Assembly (NCBI GenBank): GCA_026134085.1 | Contig: JAOQIN010000006.1 | Span: 193 to 64,192, forward strand | Reading direction: 5' to 3' | Length of the DNA: 64,000 nucleotides | Source: Candidatus Methanoxibalbensis ujae | GTDB taxonomy: Archaea > Halobacteriota > Syntropharchaeia > Alkanophagales > Methanospirareceae | Shown here: positions 1 to 9,524 of the stretch, in pieces | How positions within the stretch are numbered: position 1 is the first letter of the stretch | Layout: each line of letters starts with the position of its first letter | Notes under the pieces: generated by a model | Told to the model about the DNA's origin: nothing | The model's database searches: none | What the model saw: only the letters and a program-made list of their open reading frames with translations | Program-made: the position numbers and the translations under genes

Positions 1-131
1 GAACACTTGCTGGATACGCCTTCCTCTGCACATTTGCGGGAAGAGGGAAGCCTCACGCCGGGTTGCCCTTTCTGAACTCAGGTGCAATCGTCGGATTCCT
101 CATTGGATTTGTGATTATGATTATGTCATGA
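1..131 (+). CDS. C-terminal end of a presenilin/signal-peptide-peptidase-like intramembrane aspartyl protease (PSH family), partial
   Basis: Frame 3 from nt 3 reads TLAGYAFLCTFAGRGKPHAGLPFLNSGAIVGFLIGFVIMIMS*, containing the archaeal PSH 'P-x-AGLP-x-LN' motif and a final TM helix; not in the ORF track. Confidence 0.75.
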   Translation, partial: TLAGYAFLCTFAGRGKPHAGLPFLNSGAIVGFLIGFVIMIMS

Positions 132-235
132 TTATGTTATGAGATCATGTTATGATTATGATTTGTTATGATGATTTGTTACGATTATGAGGTAATTATC
201 ATGAAATATGATGATATGATCCTATGCATAATCAT
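111..235. repeat. Degenerate (GATTAT/GTTAT)n low-complexity tandem repeat
   Basis: Repeated gattat/gttat/gatcat units visible directly. Confidence 0.7.
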
Positions 236-354
236 GCACATGCGGATCACGGCACAGCTTGCCGCTGAGCGATGGCCCGGTGCGCTGCTGAGACAACACT
301 GGCAGCAAACAATAAAAAGTGAGAAATCAAAATCATTTTCTAAATGAAGGGGAG

Positions 355-426
355 GGGCTCGTGGTCTAGGGGTATGACGCCGCCTTCACGAGGCGGAGGT
401 CGTGCGTTCGAATCGCACCGAGCCCA
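355..426 (+). tRNA. tRNA-Val (anticodon CAC), no intron, CCA not encoded
   Basis: Acceptor stem GGGCTCG/CGAGCCC, anticodon arm CCGCC-TTCACGA-GGCGG, T arm GTGCG-TTCGAAT-CGCAC, discriminator A. Confidence 0.96.
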
Positions 427-458
427 TTGAGCACTGAAGATGAATAGAAGGGAGGAAA

Positions 459-1478
459 ATGCCTTCTACAATTGTTGTCGGCGGATTCTTCGGTGATGAG
501 GGGAAGGGAAAGATAGTTGCGTATCTCGCGAAGAACGACAAGCCAGCGATAGCCGCTCGCGGTGGTGTGGGACCGAACGCAGGTCATACAGTTCAGATAG
601 GAAACAGGAAATATGCGCTCAGCATGGTTCCTTCAGGATTCGTGCACGAAAATGCTCGCCTCCTCATAGGAGCGGGAGTCCTTGTTGATGTGGATGTGCT
701 GATGCGGGAGATGTCAGAGCTGAACCTGCACAAACGCGTCGGCGTTGACTGGAGATGCGCCGTGATAGAGGAGAAGCACAAGGAGATTGATCAGAAAAAT
801 GCTGAACTGCACGATAAAATCGGAACAACAGGAACTGGATGCGGGCCTGCAAATGCTGACCGCGCATTGAGAAGGATAAAACAGGCGAAAGACATCGCTG
901 CATTGAAGGATTACATATGCGATGTGCCGCTTGAGATAAACAGCGCACTTGATGATGGCAGGAATGTGCTCATTGAGGGGACGCAGGGTCTCGGAATATC
1001 TCTGTTCTACGGCACCTACCCCTTCGTCACATCAAAAGACACCACAGCATCTCAAATCGCCGCGGATGTCGGTATTGGTCCCACGCGTGTTGATGATGTC
1101 GTCGTCGTGTTCAAATCTTTCCCGACAAGGGTGGGAGAGGGTCCTTTTGAAACGGAACTCCCGGATGAGGAGACCGCAAAACTCGGCATAGAGGAGTTCG
1201 GAACAGTCACAGGCAGAAAAAGAAGGGTTGGTGTATGGGATTCCAATATGGCAAGATATGCAGCAATGATAAATGGCGCGACAATGATAGCATTAAGCGG
1301 CATAGACAGGCTGGATGCCTCATGCAAAGGCGCAAGAACTTATGAGGAACTCAGCAATAAGGTGAAGGAATTCATAGCAAAGGTCGAAGACGACACAGGA
1401 GTCCCCGTTACATTGATATCAACAGGTCCTGAAATATCTGAAATCGTGGATATACGGGAGGAAAAAAAGTGCATGTAG
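459..1478 (+). CDS. purA: Adenylosuccinate synthetase (short archaeal type)
   Basis: [46 protein letters not shown] motifs; 339 aa. Confidence 0.97.
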   Translation: MPSTIVVGGFFGDEGKGKIVAYLAKNDKPAIAARGGVGPNAGHTVQIGNRKYALSMVPSGFVHENARLLIGAGVLVDVDVLMREMSELNLHKRVGVDWRCAVIEEKHKEIDQKNAELHDKIGTTGTGCGPANADRALRRIKQAKDIAALKDYICDVPLEINSALDDGRNVLIEGTQGLGISLFYGTYPFVTSKDTTASQIAADVGIGPTRVDDVVVVFKSFPTRVGEGPFETELPDEETAKLGIEEFGTVTGRKRRVGVWDSNMARYAAMINGATMIALSGIDRLDASCKGARTYEELSNKVKEFIAKVEDDTGVPVTLISTGPEISEIVDIREEKKCM

Positions 1479-1486
1479 AACCGAAT

Positions 1487-1545
1487 TTTGTTGTGTGATG
1501 TGTTGTGTGTTGTGTGGTGTGTGTCGTGTGTTGTGTGTTGTGTGA
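1487..1545. repeat. TG-rich microsatellite-like tract between convergent genes
   Basis: (TGTGT/TGT)n run after the purA stop. Confidence 0.7.
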
Positions 1546-1632
1546 TGATATGATACAGCACGGAGCATCACTACCGCATCTCCATCTTCCTCCTCAGCAG
1601 AAGCGTGCATCTTCAACGCAGCCGGACGCGGG

Positions 1633-2007
1633 CTATTTCAACCTGATTCCGACAGCTCGTTTTATGAGCAGGCTTATCTCATCAATCTCCTTCTCCATTG
1701 CTCCTTTTCTGTCAGGTATCTCAACGATGATGGGGGTAATGCCGTGTTTCATCTCATTGATGCTCCTTATTTTGGCCCTTATCTTTTCAGCAAATCTCTC
1801 TGTTATGATGATAACAGCAAAATCATATACAATTTTATCAAGTATTTGTGATAAATCTTCTGCTGTTGCATCTTTTTCGCTCAACTCATATATGTTTTCA
1901 ATGCCTGCGAGCCTCAACCCGGTTGCTGTGTCCTCATCAACAATTGCCGCGATCATGTCCCCTCCATCCATTTGCTTTTTCTTTTTTCCGCTCACGCTCA
2001 TGTCCAC
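1633..2007 (-). CDS. atpF: A/V-type ATP synthase subunit F
   Basis: DEDTATGLRLAGI, IIITE, PIIVEIP, LIKRAVGI motifs. Confidence 0.93.
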   Translation of the reverse strand: MDMSVSGKKKKQMDGGDMIAAIVDEDTATGLRLAGIENIYELSEKDATAEDLSQILDKIVYDFAVIIITERFAEKIRAKIRSINEMKHGITPIIVEIPDRKGAMEKEIDEISLLIKRAVGIRLK

Positions 2008-2663
2008 AGTATTTTTGCAACACGCTCCCGCAGCAGCGGCATAAGTCTTTCCAGTCGCTTTTCGTATGTGTTGTTCACCTCCACTTTACCGTCTTCACGC
2101 CGGACAACGACGCCGCCAAGCGATTTAATGCGCTCTGGTGCCACTGTTATCTGGGTTTTTACTCCTGTCTCTTTCGCAATTTCCTCTGAGATTTCAGAAA
2201 GTATATCATCATCTATGAAATCAGCATCCTGCTCGCTGAGCAGCACTTCAATTTTTATGGTATCCTCCGGAGAAGACTGAGGATGTGTCTCAATGTATGC
2301 GATGCTCATTGCAGCCTCTTTTATGAGGTTTGCGAGGATTTGGTTGTATGGTATGCCGGCGAATCCCTTCTCACGCACGATGTTGAGCCTCCTCTCCGCC
2401 TCCTCAAATATCTGCTGCGTAAGTTCTTCCTCAGCTGCCCATCTTATGCGCCTTGCCTCAAGCCTTGCAGAGCGAATGATTCTTGCTTTTTCCTCCTCTC
2501 CTCTGCGCTCCTCGCGAGCGAGCACCTGATTTTTGTGCTTTTCCAGTGATGTCTTCGTATTTTCAATCATCTCCTCAGCACGCCTCTTCGCATCACTTAT
2601 GATGCGCTGCCTTTCCTCCTCGGCAGACGCCCTTATCCTCTCCAAAATTTCTGTCACTCCCAT
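1998..2663 (-). CDS. atpE: A/V-type ATP synthase subunit E
   Basis: N-terminal coiled coil; C-terminal LGGVVVRREDGKVEVNNTYEKRL signature. Confidence 0.92.
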   Translation of the reverse strand: MGVTEILERIRASAEEERQRIISDAKRRAEEMIENTKTSLEKHKNQVLAREERRGEEEKARIIRSARLEARRIRWAAEEELTQQIFEEAERRLNIVREKGFAGIPYNQILANLIKEAAMSIAYIETHPQSSPEDTIKIEVLLSEQDADFIDDDILSEISEEIAKETGVKTQITVAPERIKSLGGVVVRREDGKVEVNNTYEKRLERLMPLLRERVAKILWT

Positions 2664-2803
2664 ATCCCACCACCAATCTCACGCGCCACGCGATCCTCGC
2701 TGCGATGCATCATGCATCTTCCCTCATCTCTCCACTCTCTCATCTATCCGCTCCATCATCTCCTCGCTCCATTATCTCTCCTCTCTCTCATCTATCCACT
2801 CCA

Positions 2804-3130
2804 TCATCTCTCCACTCCAAGAAGAATGGACAGAACGCTTTTCACAGCATCTTCATATCTCTCAAGTGCACGCTCCTTTCTCGCTTTCGCCTCTTCCATT
2901 GCCTCGGCAATTATCTTTTCCTTCTCAGCCTCTCCCTCCTGCACGAATCTCCGCATTATATCCTCCGCCATCTTACGCTCCTCCTCGTGTGCCCGTGCTT
3001 TCATCTGCCTGATGGTTTCCTCAGCATCCTTCAGAATCCTCGCAGCCTCCTCTCTGGCATCACTCACAATCCTTCTGGCTTCCTCCTCACACGCAATTAT
3101 CTGTTTGATTGCATCCACAGCATCTGCCAT
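2804..3130 (-). CDS. atpH: A-type ATP synthase subunit H (G-like peripheral stalk)
   Basis: 108-aa charged coiled coil (EEEARRIVSDAREEA), ends AVKSVL; directly upstream of subunit E. Confidence 0.8.
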   Translation of the reverse strand: MADAVDAIKQIIACEEEARRIVSDAREEAARILKDAEETIRQMKARAHEEERKMAEDIMRRFVQEGEAEKEKIIAEAMEEAKARKERALERYEDAVKSVLSILLGVER

Positions 3131-3143
3131 TTCCTATAAATTT

Positions 3144-3743
3144 ATGCAAAATAAAAGAAATGCGACAGTGAAAATCATATCCATTGTCGGGGAGAAGAAC
3201 TCAGGAAAGACATCGGTGATTTCTCAGCTCATACCTCGCCTCCTCAGATACGGCAGAGTTGGCTGCATAAAACATGCTGAGCATCTTGATGTCCCGCATG
3301 ACGGGAAACGCCGGAGCATGAAAATCGTGATGGGCAGCGACAGTAATAAAGACACGGAACGCATGCTTTCAGCAGGTGCTGATGTCGTCGTAGGCATCAC
3401 CGAGGATATGATGATGTGCATGCGCAAACTGAAGCAAAATGATGAGGTGACGGAAGCAACACTGATCACAGAAAAAATAAGGATGCAGCGAACGGAAGAT
3501 ATGCTGGAGAGATCACTTGATGTGATGAGATGTGAATGCGTTGATTTTGTCATTGTTGAGGGATTCAAAAGAAGCAAAATTCCGAAAATTGTTATAAGCA
3601 AAGATAACAGCGGCATTTATGAGAATGTTGTCATGCACCTGCCCCCCTCACATTTTGAAGAAAAAGATGAAAACAACAGCGCCATTGATGAGGAGAAACT
3701 GGAGGATATCATCAGTCTGATACTCTCCATTCCCGACTGGTGA
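3144..3743 (+). CDS. mobB: Molybdopterin-guanine dinucleotide biosynthesis protein B; true start ATG 3144 or GTG 3168
   Basis: IISIVGEKNSGKT P-loop, VGCIKH, KDT..AGAD, DFVIVEGFK motifs; the ORF-track extension to 2712 is antisense to atpH. Confidence 0.85.
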   Translation: MQNKRNATVKIISIVGEKNSGKTSVISQLIPRLLRYGRVGCIKHAEHLDVPHDGKRRSMKIVMGSDSNKDTERMLSAGADVVVGITEDMMMCMRKLKQNDEVTEATLITEKIRMQRTEDMLERSLDVMRCECVDFVIVEGFKRSKIPKIVISKDNSGIYENVVMHLPPSHFEEKDENNSAIDEEKLEDIISLILSIPDW

Positions 3744-3902
3744 TGCGGTTCAACTGTCTTCAGCAGCGCATGGACGTTGACCTGATTGCAGAGCTAACCT
3801 AAACAACAGCCCACGCATGGCCCGGATGGGAGATATGGGAGATGTGGAGATGTGGGACGGGGATGAGCAACAGGGGGATGACAAAATATACAAAATATAA
3901 TA

Positions 3903-5480
3903 ATGGGAATGGGAAGGGATCTGCGAAAGTGGCAGGGAATTGAGCAGGAATTCAGGGTGGGGAAGCCGTTTGAGAGGACCGACATTCAGACGAGCATTGC
4001 ACTGAGCATGAACCTGTTTGATGCGCTGAAAAATCACAAGTTTTTCGGTTACTTGCCCGCGATCATTCATTCAAAGGACTATGATGGATTTTTGAGAAAT
4101 GGCTCTCGCATTTATCTGTGCAACTTCTCATTTGAGATCGCAACGCCTGAGTGCAGAAATGCGTATGAACTGCTGAAATACGATAAAGCAATGGAATTTT
4201 ATGTTCAGATAGCAGCTGAGCGAGTTAACAGTCGCGGAGAGAAAATGGAACACGGACATGATGAGAAAATGGAAAAAATGGAGAGTGGCGGAGAGGCTGA
4301 GCGCGTGAGACATGCCGTACAGTGCTGGCGTGCGAACACAGAGCTTCATCCCGCATTCACAAGGGGCACTCATGAGAACTATTCGGTTTCAAGGGATTTC
4401 AACAAAGAGAACTTCATACCTTTTCTGATAATCAAACCAATCTTCTTCGGCGCCGGAGGTTATGTGAGCAAAGCATTTTGCAGCATGAGGGATATGATTG
4501 AATCTGCCGAATATGTGATATCGCCGAGAGCAATAGCGACAAAACACATTTACGGAGGCGCTGGCGTGCGCAAACATCCACTTTTCTCAATAAAAGGAAT
4601 ATCAAACATGAGAATACATATAGATTCAGGTGAAGGATTGCGCGTTGAAATTGCAAGATTTCTGAACAACGCGATCACATCATTTGTCATACATGCGATA
4701 GAAGAGGGCATTATAAGAGATGTTGATGGCATAAACGAGCCTGTTGAGACTTTCAGAACGCTCTCAAGAAACACAGAAGGTGACTGGAAGCTCAAAACGA
4801 AAAGCGGAACGACTATCAATGCTATGGATATTATGAGCTCATACATAGACGCAATAGAAAATCTTTTTGACGAGAAGTCGGCGGATAACCTGGATATATA
4901 TGCGCTTAAAACATTTGAGAGGATTCATGATAAGATGAGTATGGGACTGCTTGAGGATGATTTTCTGATGAAAAGCGTTGAATGGCTTCTCAAATTGAAT
5001 ATTATAGAGAGGGGAAAATTCATTGAACTTGACAGTCTGCGTGAATCTGTTGATTATGCGATGCGGGATGTGCTTGAGAAAGATGCGAATATTATTGATG
5101 CAATGAGTGAGAGAGATAAAATGAGTGATGCGACGGAGGACAGGATGATGAAGATATCCGCGTGCTTCGCGTTTTCAAATGTCTGTGATGAAGATTTTTA
5201 CGAGAGTGTTGCCTGCTGCGCAGGCGTTGAGCGCATGCTGACGGATGAGGAGATAGGGGAGTCTCTCATTTATCCGCCTCCAGAGTCAAGGGGTGCGCTT
5301 CGTGTTATGCTGCTGGATGCGCTGAGGGATATTGGAGTTCCTCCTGAAAACATACTGGTGAGGTGGAACAGGATAGTCTGTCCGCCGACGAGAGACAGAG
5401 TTGTTGATTTTGACGATCTTGACGAGTGGAGTGAGAGGAAGATGCGCGATCTCGTGAAAAGAGTGAGAGAGACTTTTTAG
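3903..5480 (+). CDS. PafA/Dop (Pup ligase/depupylase, PafA2-like) family protein
   Basis: GIEQEF, FLRNGSRIYL, EIATPEC, GTHENY, ISPRA, RIHI..GE, VEWLLK, TDEEI...PPPESRG.LR, VRW in the order of actinobacterial PafA/Dop motifs. Confidence 0.88.
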   Translation: MGMGRDLRKWQGIEQEFRVGKPFERTDIQTSIALSMNLFDALKNHKFFGYLPAIIHSKDYDGFLRNGSRIYLCNFSFEIATPECRNAYELLKYDKAMEFYVQIAAERVNSRGEKMEHGHDEKMEKMESGGEAERVRHAVQCWRANTELHPAFTRGTHENYSVSRDFNKENFIPFLIIKPIFFGAGGYVSKAFCSMRDMIESAEYVISPRAIATKHIYGGAGVRKHPLFSIKGISNMRIHIDSGEGLRVEIARFLNNAITSFVIHAIEEGIIRDVDGINEPVETFRTLSRNTEGDWKLKTKSGTTINAMDIMSSYIDAIENLFDEKSADNLDIYALKTFERIHDKMSMGLLEDDFLMKSVEWLLKLNIIERGKFIELDSLRESVDYAMRDVLEKDANIIDAMSERDKMSDATEDRMMKISACFAFSNVCDEDFYESVACCAGVERMLTDEEIGESLIYPPPESRGALRVMLLDALRDIGVPPENILVRWNRIVCPPTRDRVVDFDDLDEWSERKMRDLVKRVRETF

Positions 5481-5492
5481 CGTTGTTCAGCT

Positions 5493-6209
5493 CTAGCGCT
5501 TTCTGTCAGCATATTCGCATATCTGCCTGAACTCACAGAACCTGCATTCCCATTCCGGTGGTCTCTCGATCTCAAAACCCTCAAAATCTTCAAAAGAGGG
5601 AGGTCTTTCATCCTCAAGCGCCTCAAAAAGTATCTTAGCACGAGTCACATAATTACGGACGACATCAGTGAGATCATGCATTTTCACATCAAACGAGATG
5701 TGAGTGCTGTTCAGCACCTCCATCACAATGCCCCTCTTCAAACTCAGTATGAACTCATCAACGCTCCCATCATATTTTACAGGAGGTGAAATCTTGTAAT
5801 AAAGAAGCTTTGCACGCTTCAGATCCGCCATATATGCATAAAACTTAACCTGATTCACATCTCTGGTTAGAGGACCGTATTGTGAGATTCTTTTTAAATC
5901 TCTCTTTGATTTGAAATCAATTGCAGTATCTCCAACAATTGCATCTATCTTTCCGGCAATAATGCCCTTTCCCGTGTCATAAGTGACAGATACTTCTGTG
6001 TTTTCATAATCTTTTTCTATGTATAAGTGGAAAAGACGGCCTATGAACATTCTCAATGCGCTTTCAAAATCAGGCATTTTTGGGAAACGGCGCTTATACC
6101 AGGCCTTCCGGATGCATGAGCCGAGCTCTGAAACTCCCACTCTGTGGTCGGAATAAGTTCCGCCCACTTCACTCAGGACATATGCGCGTATCTCATCCGG
6201 GATCTCCAT
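5493..6209 (-). CDS. Solo Cas4-like PD-(D/E)XK nuclease with four-Cys Fe-S motif
   Basis: VSELGSCIRKAWY, GRLFH, GKIDA..IDFKS, QVKFYAY, WECRFCEFRQIC; ATG 6209 preceded by RBS GGAGAGGTGG. Confidence 0.82.
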   Translation of the reverse strand: MEIPDEIRAYVLSEVGGTYSDHRVGVSELGSCIRKAWYKRRFPKMPDFESALRMFIGRLFHLYIEKDYENTEVSVTYDTGKGIIAGKIDAIVGDTAIDFKSKRDLKRISQYGPLTRDVNQVKFYAYMADLKRAKLLYYKISPPVKYDGSVDEFILSLKRGIVMEVLNSTHISFDVKMHDLTDVVRNYVTRAKILFEALEDERPPSFEDFEGFEIERPPEWECRFCEFRQICEYADRKR

Positions 6210-6819
6210 GATCACCACCTCTCCCTCCACTTCTCCTCTCCACAAATCTTCCGCGAAGCCATATTTCATCCGCACGCCTTATAACGGCATCGGCATCTCC
6301 GGCAAAAAAACGCCTGTAGCCTCGCAGGAATGCGTGTCTGAAGGAGTGTTCGTGAGATGCATGTGTCCCCCGGAGGCATTGAAAGAAGACGTGAATGTCA
6401 ACACCGCGAGATTCTGTTGTTGTGTCAAAGAAAGAGAGACCGAAATCTATGAGGTATACACGTCCGTCACAGCCGACTATGAAATTTGATGTTGTCAGGT
6501 CTCCGTGAATTATGGACGCGTTGTGAAGCTTCGCCACTGTTTCTCCCATTTTTTCACATATTTCCTCATCAAGCACATCACGTGCGATCTTTCCATGTAT
6601 GCGCTCCATCACAATTTCATAATCATCCACATCAAAGATGATCGGTGTTGGAACGCCGTGCCTTCGCGCTTCCGAAATAGTTTTTGCCTCCATCCTCGTG
6701 CGCTCGCGCCTCAACCTCTCATCAAGCACAGGCAGTCTGTATCTTTTCGGTATTCTCCGCTTGCACACAGTTTCGGAATGGAGTTCAACAACAGCCTCAG
6801 CACATTGCTCTCTCTCCAT
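6193..6819 (-). CDS. bud32: KEOPS kinase Bud32 (stand-alone)
   Basis: KRRIPKRYRLPVLDERLRRERTRMEA, IIHGDLTTSN, YLIDFGL motifs. Confidence 0.93.
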   Translation of the reverse strand: MEREQCAEAVVELHSETVCKRRIPKRYRLPVLDERLRRERTRMEAKTISEARRHGVPTPIIFDVDDYEIVMERIHGKIARDVLDEEICEKMGETVAKLHNASIIHGDLTTSNFIVGCDGRVYLIDFGLSFFDTTTESRGVDIHVFFQCLRGTHASHEHSFRHAFLRGYRRFFAGDADAVIRRADEIWLRGRFVERRSGGRGGDHGDPG

Positions 6820-6850
6820 CTCTCTCCATCTCCATCTCCATCTCACTCCT

Positions 6851-6945
6851 CTCCTTTCTGCTCAGCATTCTCCGTTCTGCTCAGCATTCTCCTTTCTGCT
6901 CAGCACTCTCCTTTCTGCTCAGCATTCTCCTTTCTGCCCAGCATC
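6851..6945. repeat. Tandem repeat, 5 x 19 bp (CTCCTTTCTGCTCAGCATT)
   Basis: Five contiguous units, 0-2 mismatches each, no spacers. Confidence 0.95.
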
Positions 6946-6964
6946 TGCATCACTCACTCATTGA

Positions 6965-8143
6965 TCAACACTGCTCTTCGCACACACACTTTAAATCGGC
7001 GAGGAAATCGCTCACAGTTTCCTCCTTCACATGAGGCATTATCACGAGGCGCAACGCTTTTGGTTTTCTCGTGACAGATGTTATCCAGCCACCACGCTCT
7101 CTCAGTGCGGATGAAACTCTTTCGGCATCCCCCACATCCAGTGCGACGACGTTCATCACTGGCTCTATGACTGTGTGAACACCCAATGAGCGGGCGCCAT
7201 AGACGAGCATTTTGGTGATGTCCATGCATTTTCTCACTATGCGACGCATCCCCTCAACGCCCAGGAACTTCATCACAGCATATGTTGCGGCAGCAGCGGC
7301 ACCGCTCCTCGTTCCTGTGAGCGAGAACTGCGTCTTCGTCGTGAGATATGGAGTCTCAACAGACAGCATTTCCATAAGCTCATTCTCCCTGAAAAGTACG
7401 CATCCCGCTGGAATAGTTGATGCGAGCATTTTGTGAGGGTCCACTGATATTGTTGAGACTCCTTCAACCGAAAAATCAAACTCATATTTTTTATCAAGAA
7501 ATGGAATGACAAATCCACCGAAAGCCGCATCAACATGCAGAAATATTTCATTGCGAATCGCAATATCTCCCATCTCCTTTATGGGGTCTATCTGACCGAA
7601 CTCTGTTGTTCCTGCAATGCCCACCAATCCTATTGTCTTATCGTCAATCAACGCCTCAACATCGCTGAGGTCGACCCTCAGTTCATCGTCAAGCTGCGCT
7701 TTCCTGACATCAATGCAGAGCATATCAGCAATCTTTTCAAAGGAGAAATGTGCGGACTCAGGCACGACAATGTTCATTCTCTCTCCCTCGCGCGGAGTGC
7801 CCCTCCATTCACGCATCTTGAAGTTCCTGAAGGCCCTCACAGCCTGAATATTTGACTCAGTTCCGCCCGTTGATATGTAACCGCACGCATTCTCTTCGCC
7901 GAGAAGTGCACCTGTCATGCGCACAACTTCCTCTTCCATCTCACTCGTCCCCGGAAACAGACCGCTGTCGCCGAGGTTCGCTTCTATGAACATCATATGT
8001 GCTTTGAGCGCGATGTCATGCGGATATGTGCACATTGAGCTCAGTATCCTGTCATATCTCCTGTCCTTCCTCTTCTTCTCATTCAAAATAACAAGCACTT
8101 CTTCCTCCTTCATACCCTTCTCATTCATCTCTCCCACCTTCAT
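6965..8143 (-). CDS. mfnA: L-tyrosine/L-aspartate decarboxylase (PLP-dependent)
   Basis: ILSSMCT, NLGD.GLFPG, GGTESNIQA, HVDAAFGG, DPHK, TGTRSGA motifs. Confidence 0.93.
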   Translation of the reverse strand: MKVGEMNEKGMKEEEVLVILNEKKRKDRRYDRILSSMCTYPHDIALKAHMMFIEANLGDSGLFPGTSEMEEEVVRMTGALLGEENACGYISTGGTESNIQAVRAFRNFKMREWRGTPREGERMNIVVPESAHFSFEKIADMLCIDVRKAQLDDELRVDLSDVEALIDDKTIGLVGIAGTTEFGQIDPIKEMGDIAIRNEIFLHVDAAFGGFVIPFLDKKYEFDFSVEGVSTISVDPHKMLASTIPAGCVLFRENELMEMLSVETPYLTTKTQFSLTGTRSGAAAAATYAVMKFLGVEGMRRIVRKCMDITKMLVYGARSLGVHTVIEPVMNVVALDVGDAERVSSALRERGGWITSVTRKPKALRLVIMPHVKEETVSDFLADLKCVCEEQC

Positions 8144-8165
8144 CTCCCTTCATCTTTCTCCGCTG

Positions 8166-8207
8166 GAGTGAAAGGATGAATGCATAGAGTGAAAGGATGA
8201 ATGCATA
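8166..8207. repeat. Tandem duplication 2 x 21 bp (GAGTGAAAGGATGAATGCATA)
   Basis: Exact adjacent copies. Confidence 0.85.
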
Positions 8208-8231
8208 AACTCACTCCGTCACCCACCTCAT

Positions 8232-8777
8232 TTATTCACCTTTCACATGAGACTCAGAGGAAGAGGCACCGAGAACCTCATCATAAAGTTTTTTGGCGCG
8301 CTCAATGGCGGGATGATCATCTCCGAGCTTTGCCCGCATCTCAGCGAGAGACTCCTCAATGCTGATTCTTCTGTCTCCGTTTATGAGGTTATCAGCGCAT
8401 GCGACGATTTTCTCCTCAACTGTCCTTGGCACGAGATCTGTGTTGGGCAGTCCGAGTCTTTTTGCCTCATCTGCTGTGATACCTGCGCCCACATGCCGCT
8501 CTATTATTTTTACGATCTTCTCATCAAGACCAAGTGACCTTGCGATCTCACCGCCAACGATTCCATGTGCAATTCCGTGCGTTTTTGAACGTCCTATGTC
8601 ATGGAGCAGTGCTCCTCTGAGCACAACTTCCTCATCAACATCATCATAATTTTTCGCGATTTCAACTGCGAGATCTGCAACTGCAATGCAATGTCTTATC
8701 ACATTTTCTGGGCATCCCTGTTCACGCAGTATTCCGATGCATTCCTCTTTTATTCGCCTCTCAGTCGCCTCATCCAT
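8232..8777 (-). CDS. HDIG-domain metal-dependent phosphohydrolase (TIGR00295-like)
   Basis: VIRHC, LLHDIGRS, ERHVGAGI, EEKIVACAD motifs; adjacent to tfe. Confidence 0.9.
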   Translation of the reverse strand: MDEATERRIKEECIGILREQGCPENVIRHCIAVADLAVEIAKNYDDVDEEVVLRGALLHDIGRSKTHGIAHGIVGGEIARSLGLDEKIVKIIERHVGAGITADEAKRLGLPNTDLVPRTVEEKIVACADNLINGDRRISIEESLAEMRAKLGDDHPAIERAKKLYDEVLGASSSESHVKGE

Positions 8778-9289
8778 TGCTCCAATGAGGCAATTTCCTC
8801 TTCAAGCTCTTTTATCTCCTTTGTGTTGTCCTTGTATTCAAACTGAGAGCCGCAGAGGTCGCACCAGAAATTCAGAGATGCGGCCTCCTCAAATGTGATC
8901 CGCCTGCATTTGCACTGATAGAACATCCCTCTTCGCTCCCTTGTGAGCTGTCTGCGTATTTCCTCTATCCTGTGCTGTATGTCATTCTCAATTATGTGGC
9001 GCACCTTGCTTATGTCTATCTTCCACCAGTATGTTATCCAGCCACTCTCGTCGTCACGCTCGGTGCGATATTCCGCTATCCTCTTCTCATAAAGCGCATA
9101 CAGAACCTTCCTCACTGAGGTGAGCTTCATATCTGTTATCTTTGCGAGCTCCTCATCTGTTATCTCACCATCAGGTATGCCCTCTATCACCCTCAGACCT
9201 TCTTCACCTATGAGTGTTCTGAAAAATTCCCTCACAAGGTTCGTGTCTGACATGCCGACCTTCCGCCACACCGACAAGTCCGTCATCAT
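8750..9289 (-). CDS. tfe: Transcription factor E (TFE alpha)
   Basis: TDEELA, VRKVLYAL, SGWITYWW, Zn-ribbon C-x-C...TFEEA..F.CDLCG. Confidence 0.93.
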   Translation of the reverse strand: MMTDLSVWRKVGMSDTNLVREFFRTLIGEEGLRVIEGIPDGEITDEELAKITDMKLTSVRKVLYALYEKRIAEYRTERDDESGWITYWWKIDISKVRHIIENDIQHRIEEIRRQLTRERRGMFYQCKCRRITFEEAASLNFWCDLCGSQFEYKDNTKEIKELEEEIASLEQWMRRLRGE

Positions 9290-9524
9290 TTTCAGATTGT
9301 TTTAGCATAAATTAAAATTTTCTATCGCCGAGTGTCTCCCGTCTCAATTCAATAATTCAATCAATGTGCATGTGAGGTGAGAGGGCGCATCAGTCGGGAT
9401 GAGCTCCGGTTGTCAGCGGGGTGATGGTCAGTGATGGTCAGTATGCAGGGCCAGGTGTAGAAGCAAAGTTTCGTTAAGAGATAATCATTAAAAACGGAAG
9501 CGGGAAGATAAGAGGTGGGGGATT

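Noticed and set aside
208-268. ATGATGA...CTGA as a C/D box sRNA
   Set aside because: The C box lies in GAT-rich low-complexity repeat, and there are no convincing internal D'/C' boxes or rRNA complementarity.
1505-2044. Cys/Val-rich ORF MCCVVCVVCC
   Set aside because: Product of the TG microsatellite and antisense to atpF.
2712-3143. Long N-terminal extension of MobB in the ORF track
   Set aside because: It is the antisense shadow of atpH and repeat DNA; homology starts at about 3168.
3817-3900. 27-aa acidic ORF (MARMGDMGDVEMWDGDEQQGDDKIYKI) upstream of the PafA-like gene as a Pup/UBact tag
   Set aside because: It lacks the required C-terminal G-E/G-Q, is very short, and derives from low-complexity GGAGAT repeats.
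6851-6945. 19-bp repeats near the Cas4-like gene as a CRISPR array
   Set aside because: Units are contiguous with no unique spacers and are too short; a simple tandem repeat.
8232-9289. TFE (..RLRGE*) and HDIG protein (..VKGE*) ending in GE as built-in Pup-like tags
   Set aside because: Likely coincidence from purine-rich, RBS-like and overlapping sequence; both are ordinary conserved proteins. Revisit only if the termini prove conserved.
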